Source: an uncultured Leptospira sp.
Lineage (GTDB): Bacteria > Spirochaetota > UBA4802 > JAGODF01
Direction: 5' to 3'
DNA length: 64,000 bases
Assembly (NCBI GenBank): GCA_964502925.1
Contig: CAZCYH010000017.1
Span: 1,755-65,754 of the forward strand
Below, piece by piece: positions 1-10,242 of the stretch. The notes under the pieces are model-generated. The model was not told the origin of the DNA and did not search any database. It saw only the letters and a list, made by a program, of their open reading frames with translations. Positions within the stretch are counted from its first letter, which is position 1. Every line of letters begins with the position of its first letter. The position numbers and the translations under genes are program-made.

Positions 1-431
1 ATGCTCAAAGACGCCGAGAAGCGCACCGGCTGGTCGATGGTTGATTTAATTATAGCCGTGATGCGCTCTGCAATGCGGCATCACGCAAAGTATGAAAGAG
101 AGCATGGAAGAATTGCATACCAGAAGCGCCTGGATAACGAGGGCATGCCGATACCGAAAGTACGGGTAAAGGTGAAATTCCTTGAACGGGAATATGATTA
201 TTTTAATGATATGCGGAGGTTTTTCAGAAGGTCGATTTCGCATGTGATTGCGATTGCGGTGCTTGAATATTTACCCGAGCTTGTGGAGCGCATCGAAAGC
301 GGTGCCTATGACGATGAAGTGGATTCTTATCCCTACAAAAACTGTGCAATTTATGATAAATGTATAGAAGAAGCGACGGTGTTTCACATCTGGTGGGGAT
401 TACCCAGCGATCCGGCGCTATTAGCCGCAGA
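1..431 (+). repeat. Left arm of a large inverted repeat of at least 431 bp, identical at every position checked; partner is 26158..26588 on the opposite strand.
   Basis: Reverse complement of 26158..26588 matches 1..431. Identity breaks at nt 432, 12 nt before the stop codon (gag ttc gcc cgc taa versus gaa ttc gct cat taa). Confidence 0.7.
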
Positions 432-444
432 GTTCGCCCGCTAA
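1..444 (+). CDS. Hypothetical protein, 5'-truncated by the window edge (the full gene would start about 42 nt upstream). Copy A of an inverted gene duplicate; see copy B at 26145..26630.
   Basis: ORF reads to the window start. The 147-aa translation is identical to aa 15-160 of the 26145..26630 product except for the last residue. Nucleotide identity was confirmed by eye at three places (1-60, 181-240, 400-431). No recognisable family. Confidence 0.5.
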   Translation: MLKDAEKRTGWSMVDLIIAVMRSAMRHHAKYEREHGRIAYQKRLDNEGMPIPKVRVKVKFLEREYDYFNDMRRFFRRSISHVIAIAVLEYLPELVERIESGAYDDEVDSYPYKNCAIYDKCIEEATVFHIWWGLPSDPALLAAEFAR

Positions 445-1117
445 ATCAATTCAAAATATTCCAAAATCTACAACCGTCAGCTTCCGGCGAGGGACAGCTA
501 TGCTTTGGTTTATCGAACATCCGAATTCCTGCGAATTACTGTACCATACTGTCCTCTTCTATTATATATTATCATCGGGTTGTGTACTCACATCACGTAT
601 TTCATAAAATGCTTTACCTGAGAAAAAGTACCCTCCCTCCACTATATTTCGTTAGAAATTTTTACACTTGTGTATAATATTTATACACGTATCAAAATGT
701 GACATGTATAATTTTTACCCATAATGCGACTATCATGCGGTTTTCCATTTTTTATAATAAAAACCCTAAGGTAAATTATTACAAAAATGTTAAATGTTTC
801 TTTTAAACCCACATCCTCATCTCGCGGCATTATACCATACAGACGTGTAGCATGCAAATTAATTTCACAAATTGATCTTATTACAAAAAAATAAAATTAT
901 TCAGATGAAACACATTTTATGCAATTTAATATATATAAAATATATTGCCTGTAAATTATAATTACTTTAAAAAGAATGTCATTCCTTCAGCGCATACATC
1001 ATACATATAAACATGTTTTGAAAATTTCTACAAAATCATATTATTTTATTATTCATAAATTATTTTATGTTTCGAGATCACCGGCATACATAAATTTTTT
1101 TCGTTTTGCATCAATTC

Positions 1118-1133
1118 TGGCACGCTAATTGCA
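1118..1133 (+). promoter_or_regulatory. Sigma-54 (RpoN) type -24/-12 promoter: TGGCACG-N4-TTGCA.
   Basis: Sequence ctGGcacgctaatTGCat matches the consensus TGGCACG-N4-TTGCW exactly, with GG at 1119-1120 and GC at 1131-1132. It lies about 37 nt upstream of the ATG at 1170. Confidence 0.5.
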
Positions 1134-1169
1134 TATATAATTATCATCAAGGCTGTTTCGAGGTTAATT

Positions 1170-2009
1170 ATGATGAGAAAAGAACATACGAGCAGTCAAA
1201 CCGAATTGCAAAATTATTTTTCTTCGATTAATAAAATTGCACTCCTTACCCAGGAAGAAGAAGTTACCCTTGCTAAATCCAAATGCCTGGGCGATGAAAA
1301 AGCGAAGGAAAAGCTCATAAATTCCAATTTGCGCCTTGTGGTGAAGATCGCGAAAAACTACACGTCTCTCGAACCTTCCATTATTGATTTAGTTCAGGAA
1401 GGAAATCTCGGTCTCATTCGAGCCGCAGAAAAATTCGATCCGAAGATGGGATGCAGATTCTCAACCTACGCATCGTACTGGATCAAGCACTACATCACCC
1501 GCTTCATCGCAAAGCGCAGCAGAGCGATACGGGTTCCTATACGCAAAGGCGACCTTCACAAAAAAATTAATAAAGCACGAGAACTTCTTTTAAGCGAAAG
1601 CGGCCGCGAGCCTACTTCGATTGAACTGGCGGAGCTTTTAGGTGTTCATGAAAAAGAGGTGCGCGACATTCAGGAAGTATTCCAGCCGACGGTATCCCTT
1701 GAACATCCGCTCAACGATACCGACTTCAGCCTTCTTGAAGTGGTGGAAGACGTAACGTCCCTTTCTCCCGACTATCACGTAACCCGCAACGAGTTGAAGG
1801 AGGAGCTTGAAAGCGCAATGAATTCACTTCTTGAAAACGAAAAGAAAATTCTCAGAATGCGCTTCGGCTTCGATGACGACAGACCCGTCACCCTCAAGGA
1901 ATTGGGCGATGAGTTCGGCGTTTCGGCCGAGACAGTCCGCCAGATAGAATCGCGCGCGATGAATAAAATTAAGAAGAAATTTTCCCATTTACAGGATTTT
2001 TTATACTGA
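1170..2009 (+). CDS. RNA polymerase sigma factor, sigma-70 family (RpoS/RpoD-like, with regions 2, 3 and 4), 279 aa.
   Basis: Region 2 motifs are present (NLRLVVKIAKNY, YASYWIKHYITR). Region 4.2 reads LKELGDEFGVSAETVRQIESRAMNKIKK. A GAGGT ribosome-binding site precedes the ATG. Confidence 0.85.
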   Translation: MMRKEHTSSQTELQNYFSSINKIALLTQEEEVTLAKSKCLGDEKAKEKLINSNLRLVVKIAKNYTSLEPSIIDLVQEGNLGLIRAAEKFDPKMGCRFSTYASYWIKHYITRFIAKRSRAIRVPIRKGDLHKKINKARELLLSESGREPTSIELAELLGVHEKEVRDIQEVFQPTVSLEHPLNDTDFSLLEVVEDVTSLSPDYHVTRNELKEELESAMNSLLENEKKILRMRFGFDDDRPVTLKELGDEFGVSAETVRQIESRAMNKIKKKFSHLQDFLY

Positions 2010-2026
2010 CGCCCTTTCATATACAC

Positions 2027-2060
2027 TACCCTTGCTATGAGAGGTTCCCCACCTCTCATT
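2027..2060 (+). terminator. Rho-independent terminator after the sigma factor gene.
   Basis: Hairpin atgagaggt-tcccc-acctctcat followed by a T9 run. Confidence 0.55.
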
Positions 2061-2124
2061 TTTTTTTGTTTTTTTCTTGAGAAATTTCGCATATTGCCTT
2101 TTATTTCAGCGACGGGAGCGTGCC

Positions 2125-3156
2125 ATGTCAAAAAATCACATAATTTCAATCATATCATCATTAAAGAAGGATCTTGCCAACATTCCCGAACTTCTTTCTG
2201 AAATGAAGCATGAGATGAAAATGATGACGGCATGCATGCCGTGCGATTTTCTTCCTTTTGAAATACTTCGAGCATGCGGCATCCATCCTTTTATTATGCC
2301 ACCCGGATTTGACCATCACCCTGAGTTTCACACCATACTCGATGCGATAATCACACCTAAAAGCTGCTGCTTTGCGCTTTCAAACAGAAATAACATAATT
2401 CCAGCAATAATCATAGATGCAATTCCCGCCACGTATGGCGACAACTCGCTTCATGAATGGAAAACGCTGCTCGGGAATATTCTTTCGACACTAAAAGGAA
2501 AGGATTTTGAGATACCTGTAGCGGAACTACGTTCTTCGGCCGGGAAGTATGCCACGCTTCGCCGCCTGGTGCGCGGCATTACGCTTTTGCGCCGCGAAAA
2601 ACCGGATGCCCTTTCCAATGCTGATCTTGAAGTGATTTTTTCGTCGGCTCTTGCGTTTCCTCCGGGAATGATCGCTCCGAAACTTTCATCGCTTCTGGAT
2701 GCGCTGAACGATTATTCTTCGCGTTTTGAAGGCACGCCAATTCCCGCGCTCATCTACGGACGCTGCCGCAACAGGGGTGTGTCACCGGACGATCTGGAGA
2801 AAGAGGGTTTTCTTATTGTCGAGGACGATATATGCGGCGGCAGAAGGAGCTTCGATCTTTCCTACAACACGGGGGCGGATTATCTCTACGATGAAATCAT
2901 CAACGCGTTTTCTTTCAGGCCATTCTGCCCCTGCCTGCGAAGCGCCACAAGCCGGTTTGAGCTTCTCTATATGCTGGCGGGCTCTTACGGTATTGAAACT
3001 GTCATATTCATCGACGACAACTCCTGTCCAACGCGCGCATCGCATATTGACTTCATGCGCAGGCGCCTCATGCGCTTCGGCATCGATCACCTGGTACTTC
3101 ATCCGGAAAATCCGATTGATGAAGCGCGAAGATATGTGGATCTTGCCTCACGTTGA
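2125..3156 (+). CDS. 2-hydroxyacyl-CoA dehydratase / benzoyl-CoA reductase subunit family protein (HGD-D-like). Start chosen at MSKNHII.
   Basis: N-terminal ACMPCDFLPFEILRACGIHP and C-terminal GIETVIFIDDNSCPTRAS-HIDF resemble the HGD-D family signature (x-G-x-x-C-x-x-P-E-I-x-x-A-x-G and a CD/CP motif). GGGAG sits 7 nt upstream of ATG 2125. No activator ATPase lies nearby. Confidence 0.4.
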   Translation: MSKNHIISIISSLKKDLANIPELLSEMKHEMKMMTACMPCDFLPFEILRACGIHPFIMPPGFDHHPEFHTILDAIITPKSCCFALSNRNNIIPAIIIDAIPATYGDNSLHEWKTLLGNILSTLKGKDFEIPVAELRSSAGKYATLRRLVRGITLLRREKPDALSNADLEVIFSSALAFPPGMIAPKLSSLLDALNDYSSRFEGTPIPALIYGRCRNRGVSPDDLEKEGFLIVEDDICGGRRSFDLSYNTGADYLYDEIINAFSFRPFCPCLRSATSRFELLYMLAGSYGIETVIFIDDNSCPTRASHIDFMRRRLMRFGIDHLVLHPENPIDEARRYVDLASR

Positions 3157-4572
3157 TGCGAGATACCTGTCGATGTGCTTAGCGGCTTCGCGCCCCTGAT
3201 GAATGGCCCACACCACCAGCGAAGCGCCGCGAACCGCATCTCCAGCGGCGAAGACACCCGCGACATCGGTCATCATGTTTTCATCCGTGGCAATGTTGCC
3301 TGCAGGATTAAGCGACACACCGAAATCTTTAATCAAGCCGCCCTGTTTGATATGCAGAAATCCGAGTGCCAGCACTACCATTTCAGCTTTGAGTTCAAAA
3401 TCGCTTCCCGGTACAGACACCGGAACCATCGCTCCGCTTGCATTCTTTTCCCAGTTGACCTTTGCGCACTCAATCGTACATACTTTTCCGTTTGATTCCC
3501 TGAAGCGTTTCGTCTGAACGTTCCACAGCCGCTCGCACCCCTCTTCATGGGAACTTGATGTTTTGAGAACCTTCGGCCACAGGGGCCAGGGTTCGCTTTC
3601 GGATCGCTTCGCAGGCGGCATGGGGAGGATCTCTATCTGGGTGACGCGAAGCGCTCCCTGCCGGTTTGCCGAACCCACGCAGTCCGATCCGGTATCGCCG
3701 CCTCCGATCACCACTACATTTTTATTATAGGCGTTGATGATGCAGCTTTCGGGTATCTTTTCCCCGCGCACGATTCTGTTTTGCTGTTCAAGATACACCA
3801 GCGCCTGATATATTCCCTCGAGTTCTCGCCCTTCCACGGACAGATCGCGTGCTTCCCGCGCACCGATTGTCAGGCATATCGCGTCGAAATTCCTTCGAAG
3901 CTCAGAAACGGAAATATCCTTCCCCACTTCAACGCTTGTTCTTATTTCCAGCCCCTCTTCCACAAGCAAATCCACCCGACGGTCAATCACGCCCTTGTCC
4001 AGTTTGAAATCGGGAATGCCGAACCTGAGATATCCGCCCACCGAATCCGCGCTTTCAAAGAGCACCACACTGTGCCCTTTTTTATTCAGCAGATCGGCGC
4101 AGGCAAGCCCCGCAGGACCGCTTCCGATGACCGCAACCTTTTCCCCAGTCCTTTTTTGGGGTGCGCGCGATTTCACGTATCCTTCCGCAAATGCTTTTTC
4201 TGCCACCGCCAGCTCGTTTTGCCTTATGGTCACCGGCGCATCATTGATCGACAGCACGCAGGAAGCCTCGCAGGGAGCGGGACAAACGCGTCCGGTGAAT
4301 TCCGGAAAATTATTTGTTGATGAAAGAATATCGTACGCTTCCTTCCATCTGCCGCGGTAAATCATATCCTGCCATTCCGGCATGATATTGCTCACGGGAC
4401 AGCCCCAATGGCAGAATGGCACCCCGCAGTCCATGCAGCGCGAGGCTTGAAGGCGGCGCTCATCATCCGAAAGAAGTTTCTCCACTTCGGAATAATCGCT
4501 TATACGCTCCTCAACCAGGCGATATCCGGATTCCATGCGTTGAATGTTCAAAAAGCCTTTTGGATCTCCCAT
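3148..4572 (-). CDS. gltD: Glutamate synthase (NADPH) small subunit, beta chain.
   Basis: 474 aa. It has the Cys-rich Fe-S N-terminus (CMDCGVPFCHWGCP) and two dinucleotide-binding GxGxxG motifs (VIGSGPAGL, VIGGGDTGSDC). Its start overlaps the gltB stop by 1 nt (TGATG). Confidence 0.9.
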   Translation of the reverse strand: MGDPKGFLNIQRMESGYRLVEERISDYSEVEKLLSDDERRLQASRCMDCGVPFCHWGCPVSNIMPEWQDMIYRGRWKEAYDILSSTNNFPEFTGRVCPAPCEASCVLSINDAPVTIRQNELAVAEKAFAEGYVKSRAPQKRTGEKVAVIGSGPAGLACADLLNKKGHSVVLFESADSVGGYLRFGIPDFKLDKGVIDRRVDLLVEEGLEIRTSVEVGKDISVSELRRNFDAICLTIGAREARDLSVEGRELEGIYQALVYLEQQNRIVRGEKIPESCIINAYNKNVVVIGGGDTGSDCVGSANRQGALRVTQIEILPMPPAKRSESEPWPLWPKVLKTSSSHEEGCERLWNVQTKRFRESNGKVCTIECAKVNWEKNASGAMVPVSVPGSDFELKAEMVVLALGFLHIKQGGLIKDFGVSLNPAGNIATDENMMTDVAGVFAAGDAVRGASLVVWAIHQGREAAKHIDRYLAST

Positions 4573-7500
4573 CAGTCGTGCACCTCCAGTTGTTCTTCTT
4601 CACGGATTCTTTTGAGCTTAAGCTCAATCTGCTCGATCATCTGTTCCTGCAGCGCGCGCTTGTATTCAAACGGAATGACTTTGACAAACTTCGGCACATA
4701 CGCATGCCATTCCCTGAGTATCCTTTCTGCGATGGCGCTTCCGGTGTATCTGTAGTGCTTGCGCAAAAGCTCGATGATGAAATCCTGATCTTCAAAATCG
4801 CGGACAGGAGATAAATCAACCATGCCTTTATTGCAGAAATAGTCGAAATTTCCGTCAACGTCGAGCACATACGCGATGCCGCCGCTCATCCCTGCGGCGA
4901 AGTTCCTGCCAACTCTCCCCAGAACCAAAATTCTACCACCGGTCATGTATTCCGCGCAGTGATCGCCCGTGCCTTCAACCACCGCGATGGCGTTGCTGTT
5001 GCGCACGCAGAAGCGCTCACCCGCGATGCCGCGGATATATGTCTCGCCGCTGGTTGCGCCGTAAAGCACTGTGTTACCAACAATGATGTTTTCATCGGCG
5101 GAGAACTCGACGTCCTTTGGCGGAAGCGCGATAAGCTTTCCGCCTGAAAGGCCTTTCCCGAAGTAGTCGTTCGCGTCTCCTTCCAATCTAAAGGTGATGC
5201 CTCTTGTTAAAAACGCTCCGAAGCTTTGCCCGGCGCTTCCCCTGAAAACGCATTCGATGGTATCATCGGCGAGACCGGCATCGCCGTATTTTTTCGAAAT
5301 ATAATAGGAAAGCATCGCTCCAGTGGCGCGGTCGGTGTTTTTGATGGGCATCTCCACGTACAATTTCGCGCCGGTTTCACCTTTGATCACCGGCATCGCC
5401 TTTTCAACAAGCGTTCGGTCAATCACGCGGTCGATTTTATGCACTTGCTTTTCCACACAGTATCGCGCCGAATCAGCGACGCTACCATTTCTATATAAGA
5501 GTGATGAAAGATTTAAAAATCGCGCTTTCCAGTGGCTCACCTCCCGCATTTTGAGAAGTTCTGTTCGCCCAATGAGATCGTCAAACTTTCGTATTCCCAG
5601 CGACGCCATTAATTCACGAACCTCCATCGCAATGAAGGTAAAGTAGTTCACTACGTGTTCGGGCTTCCCGCGAAAACGCTTCCGCAGTTCCGGATCCTGC
5701 GTCGCCACACCAACCGGGCAGGTATTCATGTGACACTTGCGCATCATCACGCACCCCAGCGTAATGAGCGTCGCGGTGCCAAAGCCAAACTCCTCCGCCC
5801 CCAGAATCGCCGCGATCACCACATCCCTTCCGGTTTTGAGCTGGCCATCGGTTTGAAGGCGAACCCGTCCGCGAAGTTTGTTCGCGACCAGCGTCTGATG
5901 CGTTTCTGATAGACCAATTTCCCAGGGGATCCCTGCATGTTTGATAGAACTCAATGGGCTTGCACCCGTACCGCCATCATAGCCGCTGATGAGAATATTG
6001 TCCGCATGCGCTTTTGCCACACCCGCCGCAACCGTGCCCACGCCCGTTTCGGAAACGAGCTTCACGCTGATGCGGGCATTGGGGTTTGCATTTTTTAAGT
6101 CAAAAATGAGTTCCGCCAGGTCTTCAATCGAATATATATCGTGGTGCGGCGGCGGCGATATGAGCGTGACGCCGGGAGTCGAATGACGGGTTTTAGCGAT
6201 TATCTTATTGACCTTATGGCCAGGCAACTGCCCCCCTTCTCCTGGTTTCGCTCCCTGTGCCATTTTTATCTGCAATTCATCGGCATGCGCCAGATATGTA
6301 CTTGTAACGCCGAATCTCCCCGACGCAACCTGCTTGATGGCACTTCGGAAAAACGTGCCGTCGCTTTTCGGCACATACCGTTCCGGGTCTTCCCCCCCTT
6401 CGCCTGAGTTGCTACGCCCTCCGATTGTATTCATGGCAATTGCAATGGTTTCATGGGCCTCTTTACTGATGGAACCAAACGACATCGCGCCTGTGGTGAG
6501 GCGTTTCATAATAGCTTCAACCGGTTCCACTTCATCGATCGGTGCCGACTCCCGAGCAGCGAAGTCGAAAAGCCCGCGGATCACATGCGGCCTGGAGTTA
6601 TCAGCGTTTACGGCTGCACTGAATTCCTTGAATTTTTGATAATCCCCCTTGCGCACCGCCCATTGCAGAAGATGTATGGTTACGGGATTCCATGCATGTT
6701 TTTCGCCGTATTTTCTGTACGCATAGACACCTTCGGATGGAATTATCCGGATGTCATCATCGAACGCGGTGCGGTGCGACATGAGGGCTTCCCAGGCAAT
6801 CTCACGTATTCCGATTCCGCCTATGCGAGAAGGTGTGCCGGTGAAATATTTTTCAATTACCTCATTGCCAAGGCCTAACGCCTCAAAAACCTGCGCACCA
6901 CGGTAGCTGCGGAGAGTGGAAATTCCCATCTTGGAAAGCACTTTCAACAAAGCTTTCTCATTCGCCTTGATGAAATTCTCCACTGCTTTATCATAGCTCA
7001 TCTCTTTCGGGAAATACTGCCGGCTATGAAGGTTGCGGATGGTAGCGATTGCTCCATAGGGGTTAACGGCATCGGCCCCGTATCCAAAGAGAAGCGCCAT
7101 GTGCATCACTTCGCGCGCCTCAGCAGTTTCAATCACAAGCGCGGCTCTGGTACGCTTCTTTACGCGAATCAGATGATGATGTACACCGGCGCAGGCCAGA
7201 AGCGAGGGGATGGGCGCATTCGTCGCATCTGCTTTTTTATCAGATAGAATAATTATGGTATGCCCCGCATCAATGACCTTCTCCGCTTCGGCGCAAATCT
7301 CGTCCATGGCATCGGAAAGGCAATGAGCATCATTTGAAGCAGGGAACACGATAGGAATGATAACCGCTTTGAAATCCGGATTCTGATAGTGCCGCAGCTT
7401 TTCCACATCGCTATTGCGGAAAATCGGGCGCAGAAACTTTATCATCCTGCAATGCTCCGGCGTTTCATCCAGGAGGTTTAGTTGTCTTCCCATAAAACTC

Positions 7501-9173
7501 GTCAGTGTCATCACCAGATCCTCACGGACCGAGTCGATAGGAGGATTGGTCACCTGGGCAAACGCCTGTTTGAAATAATTGAAAAGGCGCTGGGGTTTAT
7601 CGGACAGCACAGCAAGCGGGGTATCGGTGCCCATTGAACTTGTGGGTTCCTGTGCGGTTTCGGCGGTTGTTTTAATAATCAGTTCAATATCTTCCCTTGT
7701 GTAACCGTGCATGAGTTGCAACCGCAACAGGGCATCCTGCAACATCTCCTCGCTCCCTTCGCCAGCGTAGGGGATATTCTCGAACAGCACCCTGTTTTCC
7801 TCAACCCACTGTGCGTACTGTTTCTGCCGGGACATCTCCTGCTTGATTTCTTTATCGGGAATTATTCTGCCTTGCTTCGTGTCCACCAGGAGCAGTTTGC
7901 CGGGCATAAGACGCCCTTTCGCGCGCACTTCATCGGCACGAAAGTCCTGCACGCCGACTTCCGAACCCATGACGATGATATCGTTTTTGGTGATGACATA
8001 TCGGGAAGGGCGAAGCCCGTTTCGGTCGAGCGTTCCGCCCACGAATCGCCCGTCGCAGAAGACAATGCTCGCAGGGCCATCCCAGGGCTCCATAAACGCG
8101 GCATGATATTCATAAAAATATTTCAATTCCTGCGGAATTGGATTCTTATCGTTCCATGATTCGGGAATGAGCATCATAAGGGTATGCGGGAGCGTGCGTC
8201 CCGCCATCATCAGAAATTCAATAGCATTATCGAGCGAAGCGGAATCGCTTTTCTCTGGCTCAATGACGGGAAGGGCATACTTTATTGACTCGCCAAACAA
8301 ATCCGATATAAAATCCGATTCCCGCGCCGACATCCAGAAGCGGTTTCCCTTGATGGTATTTATCTCTCCGTTGTGCGAAATGATACGGAAAGGCTGTGCC
8401 AGCGCCCATGCCGGAAACGTGTTGGTGCTGAAACGGGAGTGCACCATCGCGATGGCGCTGGTGAGCCGTTCATCCTGAAGTTCACGGTAATACTTCCTGA
8501 GCTGGTGCGGCATAAACATGCCTTTATACACAATCGTCTTTGAAGAAAGGGTTACGATGTAAAAATTTTCCTTGCCCGCAATTTCAGAGGTGCGGACATT
8601 TTGTTCGGCGATTTTCCTGGCAAGAAAGAGTTTCCTTTCAAGCGCTTCATTCGATGCGCCATCCGCATCAGCAATAAATACTTGAAGAATCCTCGGTTCT
8701 GATTGTTTTGCTATCTCTCCCAGGACAGAGCTATCGACATCAATATCCCTCCAAGCGAGGATGCGAAGGCGCATGTTCACAAGTACCGATTCAAATATCT
8801 GCTGGAGCGAACCTTGCGCGATGGTGTTTTTCGGGAAAAAAACCAGCCCTGTTCCATAGCTGCCTTCATCCGGAAGGTTCTCGATTTGTTCTGAGTAGAA
8901 CTGATGCGGGATCTGCAGCATAATTCCCGCCCCATCACCAGTTCGGTTATCGGAGCTCTCAGCACCCCGATGTTCCATTCGTTCGAGTACTTCGAGCCCC
9001 CGGCGGACGATATCATGGGATTTTTTCCCTTTGATATGCGCCACAAAACCGATTCCGCAGGAATCGTGCTCATGCTCGTACGAATACAGTCCCTTTATGC
9101 GTTGCTCTGCCGACATTTCGCAATTATCCTCCGTAGCGTCTTTTACTACCTCTGCAGCAAGCATACTATACAT
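4572..9173 (-). CDS. gltB: Glutamate synthase large subunit, alpha chain.
   Basis: 1533 aa with four recognisable domains. These are the N-terminal Ntn amidotransferase (HEHDSCGIGFVAH), the central domain, the FMN-binding domain and the C-terminal GXGXG domain. Forms an operon with gltD. Confidence 0.95.
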   Translation of the reverse strand: MYSMLAAEVVKDATEDNCEMSAEQRIKGLYSYEHEHDSCGIGFVAHIKGKKSHDIVRRGLEVLERMEHRGAESSDNRTGDGAGIMLQIPHQFYSEQIENLPDEGSYGTGLVFFPKNTIAQGSLQQIFESVLVNMRLRILAWRDIDVDSSVLGEIAKQSEPRILQVFIADADGASNEALERKLFLARKIAEQNVRTSEIAGKENFYIVTLSSKTIVYKGMFMPHQLRKYYRELQDERLTSAIAMVHSRFSTNTFPAWALAQPFRIISHNGEINTIKGNRFWMSARESDFISDLFGESIKYALPVIEPEKSDSASLDNAIEFLMMAGRTLPHTLMMLIPESWNDKNPIPQELKYFYEYHAAFMEPWDGPASIVFCDGRFVGGTLDRNGLRPSRYVITKNDIIVMGSEVGVQDFRADEVRAKGRLMPGKLLLVDTKQGRIIPDKEIKQEMSRQKQYAQWVEENRVLFENIPYAGEGSEEMLQDALLRLQLMHGYTREDIELIIKTTAETAQEPTSSMGTDTPLAVLSDKPQRLFNYFKQAFAQVTNPPIDSVREDLVMTLTSFMGRQLNLLDETPEHCRMIKFLRPIFRNSDVEKLRHYQNPDFKAVIIPIVFPASNDAHCLSDAMDEICAEAEKVIDAGHTIIILSDKKADATNAPIPSLLACAGVHHHLIRVKKRTRAALVIETAEAREVMHMALLFGYGADAVNPYGAIATIRNLHSRQYFPKEMSYDKAVENFIKANEKALLKVLSKMGISTLRSYRGAQVFEALGLGNEVIEKYFTGTPSRIGGIGIREIAWEALMSHRTAFDDDIRIIPSEGVYAYRKYGEKHAWNPVTIHLLQWAVRKGDYQKFKEFSAAVNADNSRPHVIRGLFDFAARESAPIDEVEPVEAIMKRLTTGAMSFGSISKEAHETIAIAMNTIGGRSNSGEGGEDPERYVPKSDGTFFRSAIKQVASGRFGVTSTYLAHADELQIKMAQGAKPGEGGQLPGHKVNKIIAKTRHSTPGVTLISPPPHHDIYSIEDLAELIFDLKNANPNARISVKLVSETGVGTVAAGVAKAHADNILISGYDGGTGASPLSSIKHAGIPWEIGLSETHQTLVANKLRGRVRLQTDGQLKTGRDVVIAAILGAEEFGFGTATLITLGCVMMRKCHMNTCPVGVATQDPELRKRFRGKPEHVVNYFTFIAMEVRELMASLGIRKFDDLIGRTELLKMREVSHWKARFLNLSSLLYRNGSVADSARYCVEKQVHKIDRVIDRTLVEKAMPVIKGETGAKLYVEMPIKNTDRATGAMLSYYISKKYGDAGLADDTIECVFRGSAGQSFGAFLTRGITFRLEGDANDYFGKGLSGGKLIALPPKDVEFSADENIIVGNTVLYGATSGETYIRGIAGERFCVRNSNAIAVVEGTGDHCAEYMTGGRILVLGRVGRNFAAGMSGGIAYVLDVDGNFDYFCNKGMVDLSPVRDFEDQDFIIELLRKHYRYTGSAIAERILREWHAYVPKFVKVIPFEYKRALQEQMIEQIELKLKRIREEEQLEVHD

Positions 9174-9316
9174 TATATCACAACGTCATACAAGCAAATA
9201 TTCTATGCCGTATTCAATCAATGAAAAGGGATGCCTTTCTGTTACATTTATGTAAATTTAGACGAATATGAGATTTGCAACAGGAGCTATCGAAAAATCC
9301 TTCTGATGTTCACAAT

Positions 9317-9349
9317 TAAAAACGCCCCGTTTGGGGGCGTTTTCTTTTG
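9317..9349 (-). terminator. Rho-independent (bidirectional-looking) terminator after the cytidylate-kinase-like gene, ahead of the gltB promoter region.
   Basis: aaaaacgcccc-gtttg-ggggcgttttc with T-runs on both sides. Confidence 0.5.
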
Positions 9350-9373
9350 TGCAATTATGTATTTGAAGAAATA

Positions 9374-10126
9374 TTATTTCCTTAGATACCCTTTCGATTT
9401 TAATGCACCAATAATCGCATCAATTATTTCCTGATCGGTAAAACGCGCCACGTTTATGGTGATATCGTATGAAGCGGGATTTTCCGCGTCGAACTTAATA
9501 TATTGATTGAGAAAATCATGTCGTTCGCGGTCCTTTTTCTCTACGAACTTTTCCGCTTCAAGCTTGTCCTTGAAGGAACCCACTTCCATAATCTTCTTGA
9601 TGCGGTACGACAGCGGCGCCACAAACCTCAAGTGCAGTCCGTATTTCAGACCGCGCGTGATGACCACCCCCGCCCTTCCCACAATGATAGCTCTTCCGTG
9701 AATGCAGAGGCCGCGTACCGTCTTGACTAGCTGTTTGTAGGCGGTCACCTGGGGAGGATAGTCGGTGAGAAAGCCCCTCATGAGTTCGGTCATTTCTTCG
9801 CGCTTTTTCGTGTCGATGGTTTCAATGAGTTTTTCGGATACTCCGGTATCCTTAACAATTTCCTCAAGAAGATTTCTGTCGTACGCTTCCCAGTTTTCTA
9901 CTCCTTCGAACTCATTAAGCGCTTTTGATAGCTGCTTTGCAAGTGGACTCACCACGCAGCCGTATTCCCGCGAAATGGTTATAAACGGCCTCACCGGCTC
10001 TTCTTTCGTTTCTTCGATTTTTTTGTAGTTTTCCCAGTACTTGACCTGTTTTTGAATCAGCTTTTCGAGAGTTGAACCTTTAATGTAGCTCATACGCGCG
10101 CTCCTTGCCAGGATTTTAGAAAACAA
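9374..10126 (-). CDS. Cytidylate kinase-like family protein (P-loop NMP-kinase fold).
   Basis: ITISREYGCVVSPLAKQLSKAL and AIIVGRAGVVI resemble the Cytidylate_kin2 family. The true start may be an internal Met (MSYIKG). Confidence 0.55.
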   Translation of the reverse strand: MFSKILARSARMSYIKGSTLEKLIQKQVKYWENYKKIEETKEEPVRPFITISREYGCVVSPLAKQLSKALNEFEGVENWEAYDRNLLEEIVKDTGVSEKLIETIDTKKREEMTELMRGFLTDYPPQVTAYKQLVKTVRGLCIHGRAIIVGRAGVVITRGLKYGLHLRFVAPLSYRIKKIMEVGSFKDKLEAEKFVEKKDRERHDFLNQYIKFDAENPASYDITINVARFTDQEIIDAIIGALKSKGYLRK

Positions 10127-10242
10127 TAATCACCGCATATGCATGTGCTTTGCCAACAGGAGAAAAGAACACAACCGAAAATGACTTTATCCATGCTACA
10201 AAAGTAGCCTTTTTTCATCAATAATTAATTTTTTATGAATGC

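Noticed and set aside
360-677. A 105-aa ORF overlapping the end of copy A and the AT-rich region, plus many 60-180 aa ORFs antisense to or overlapping gltB, recB, the histidine kinase and the large regulator.
   Set aside because: They are embedded in or antisense to long, well-supported genes, lack ribosome-binding sites and have low-complexity or Arg/Ser-rich compositions. These are typical spurious ORFs of GC-moderate DNA.
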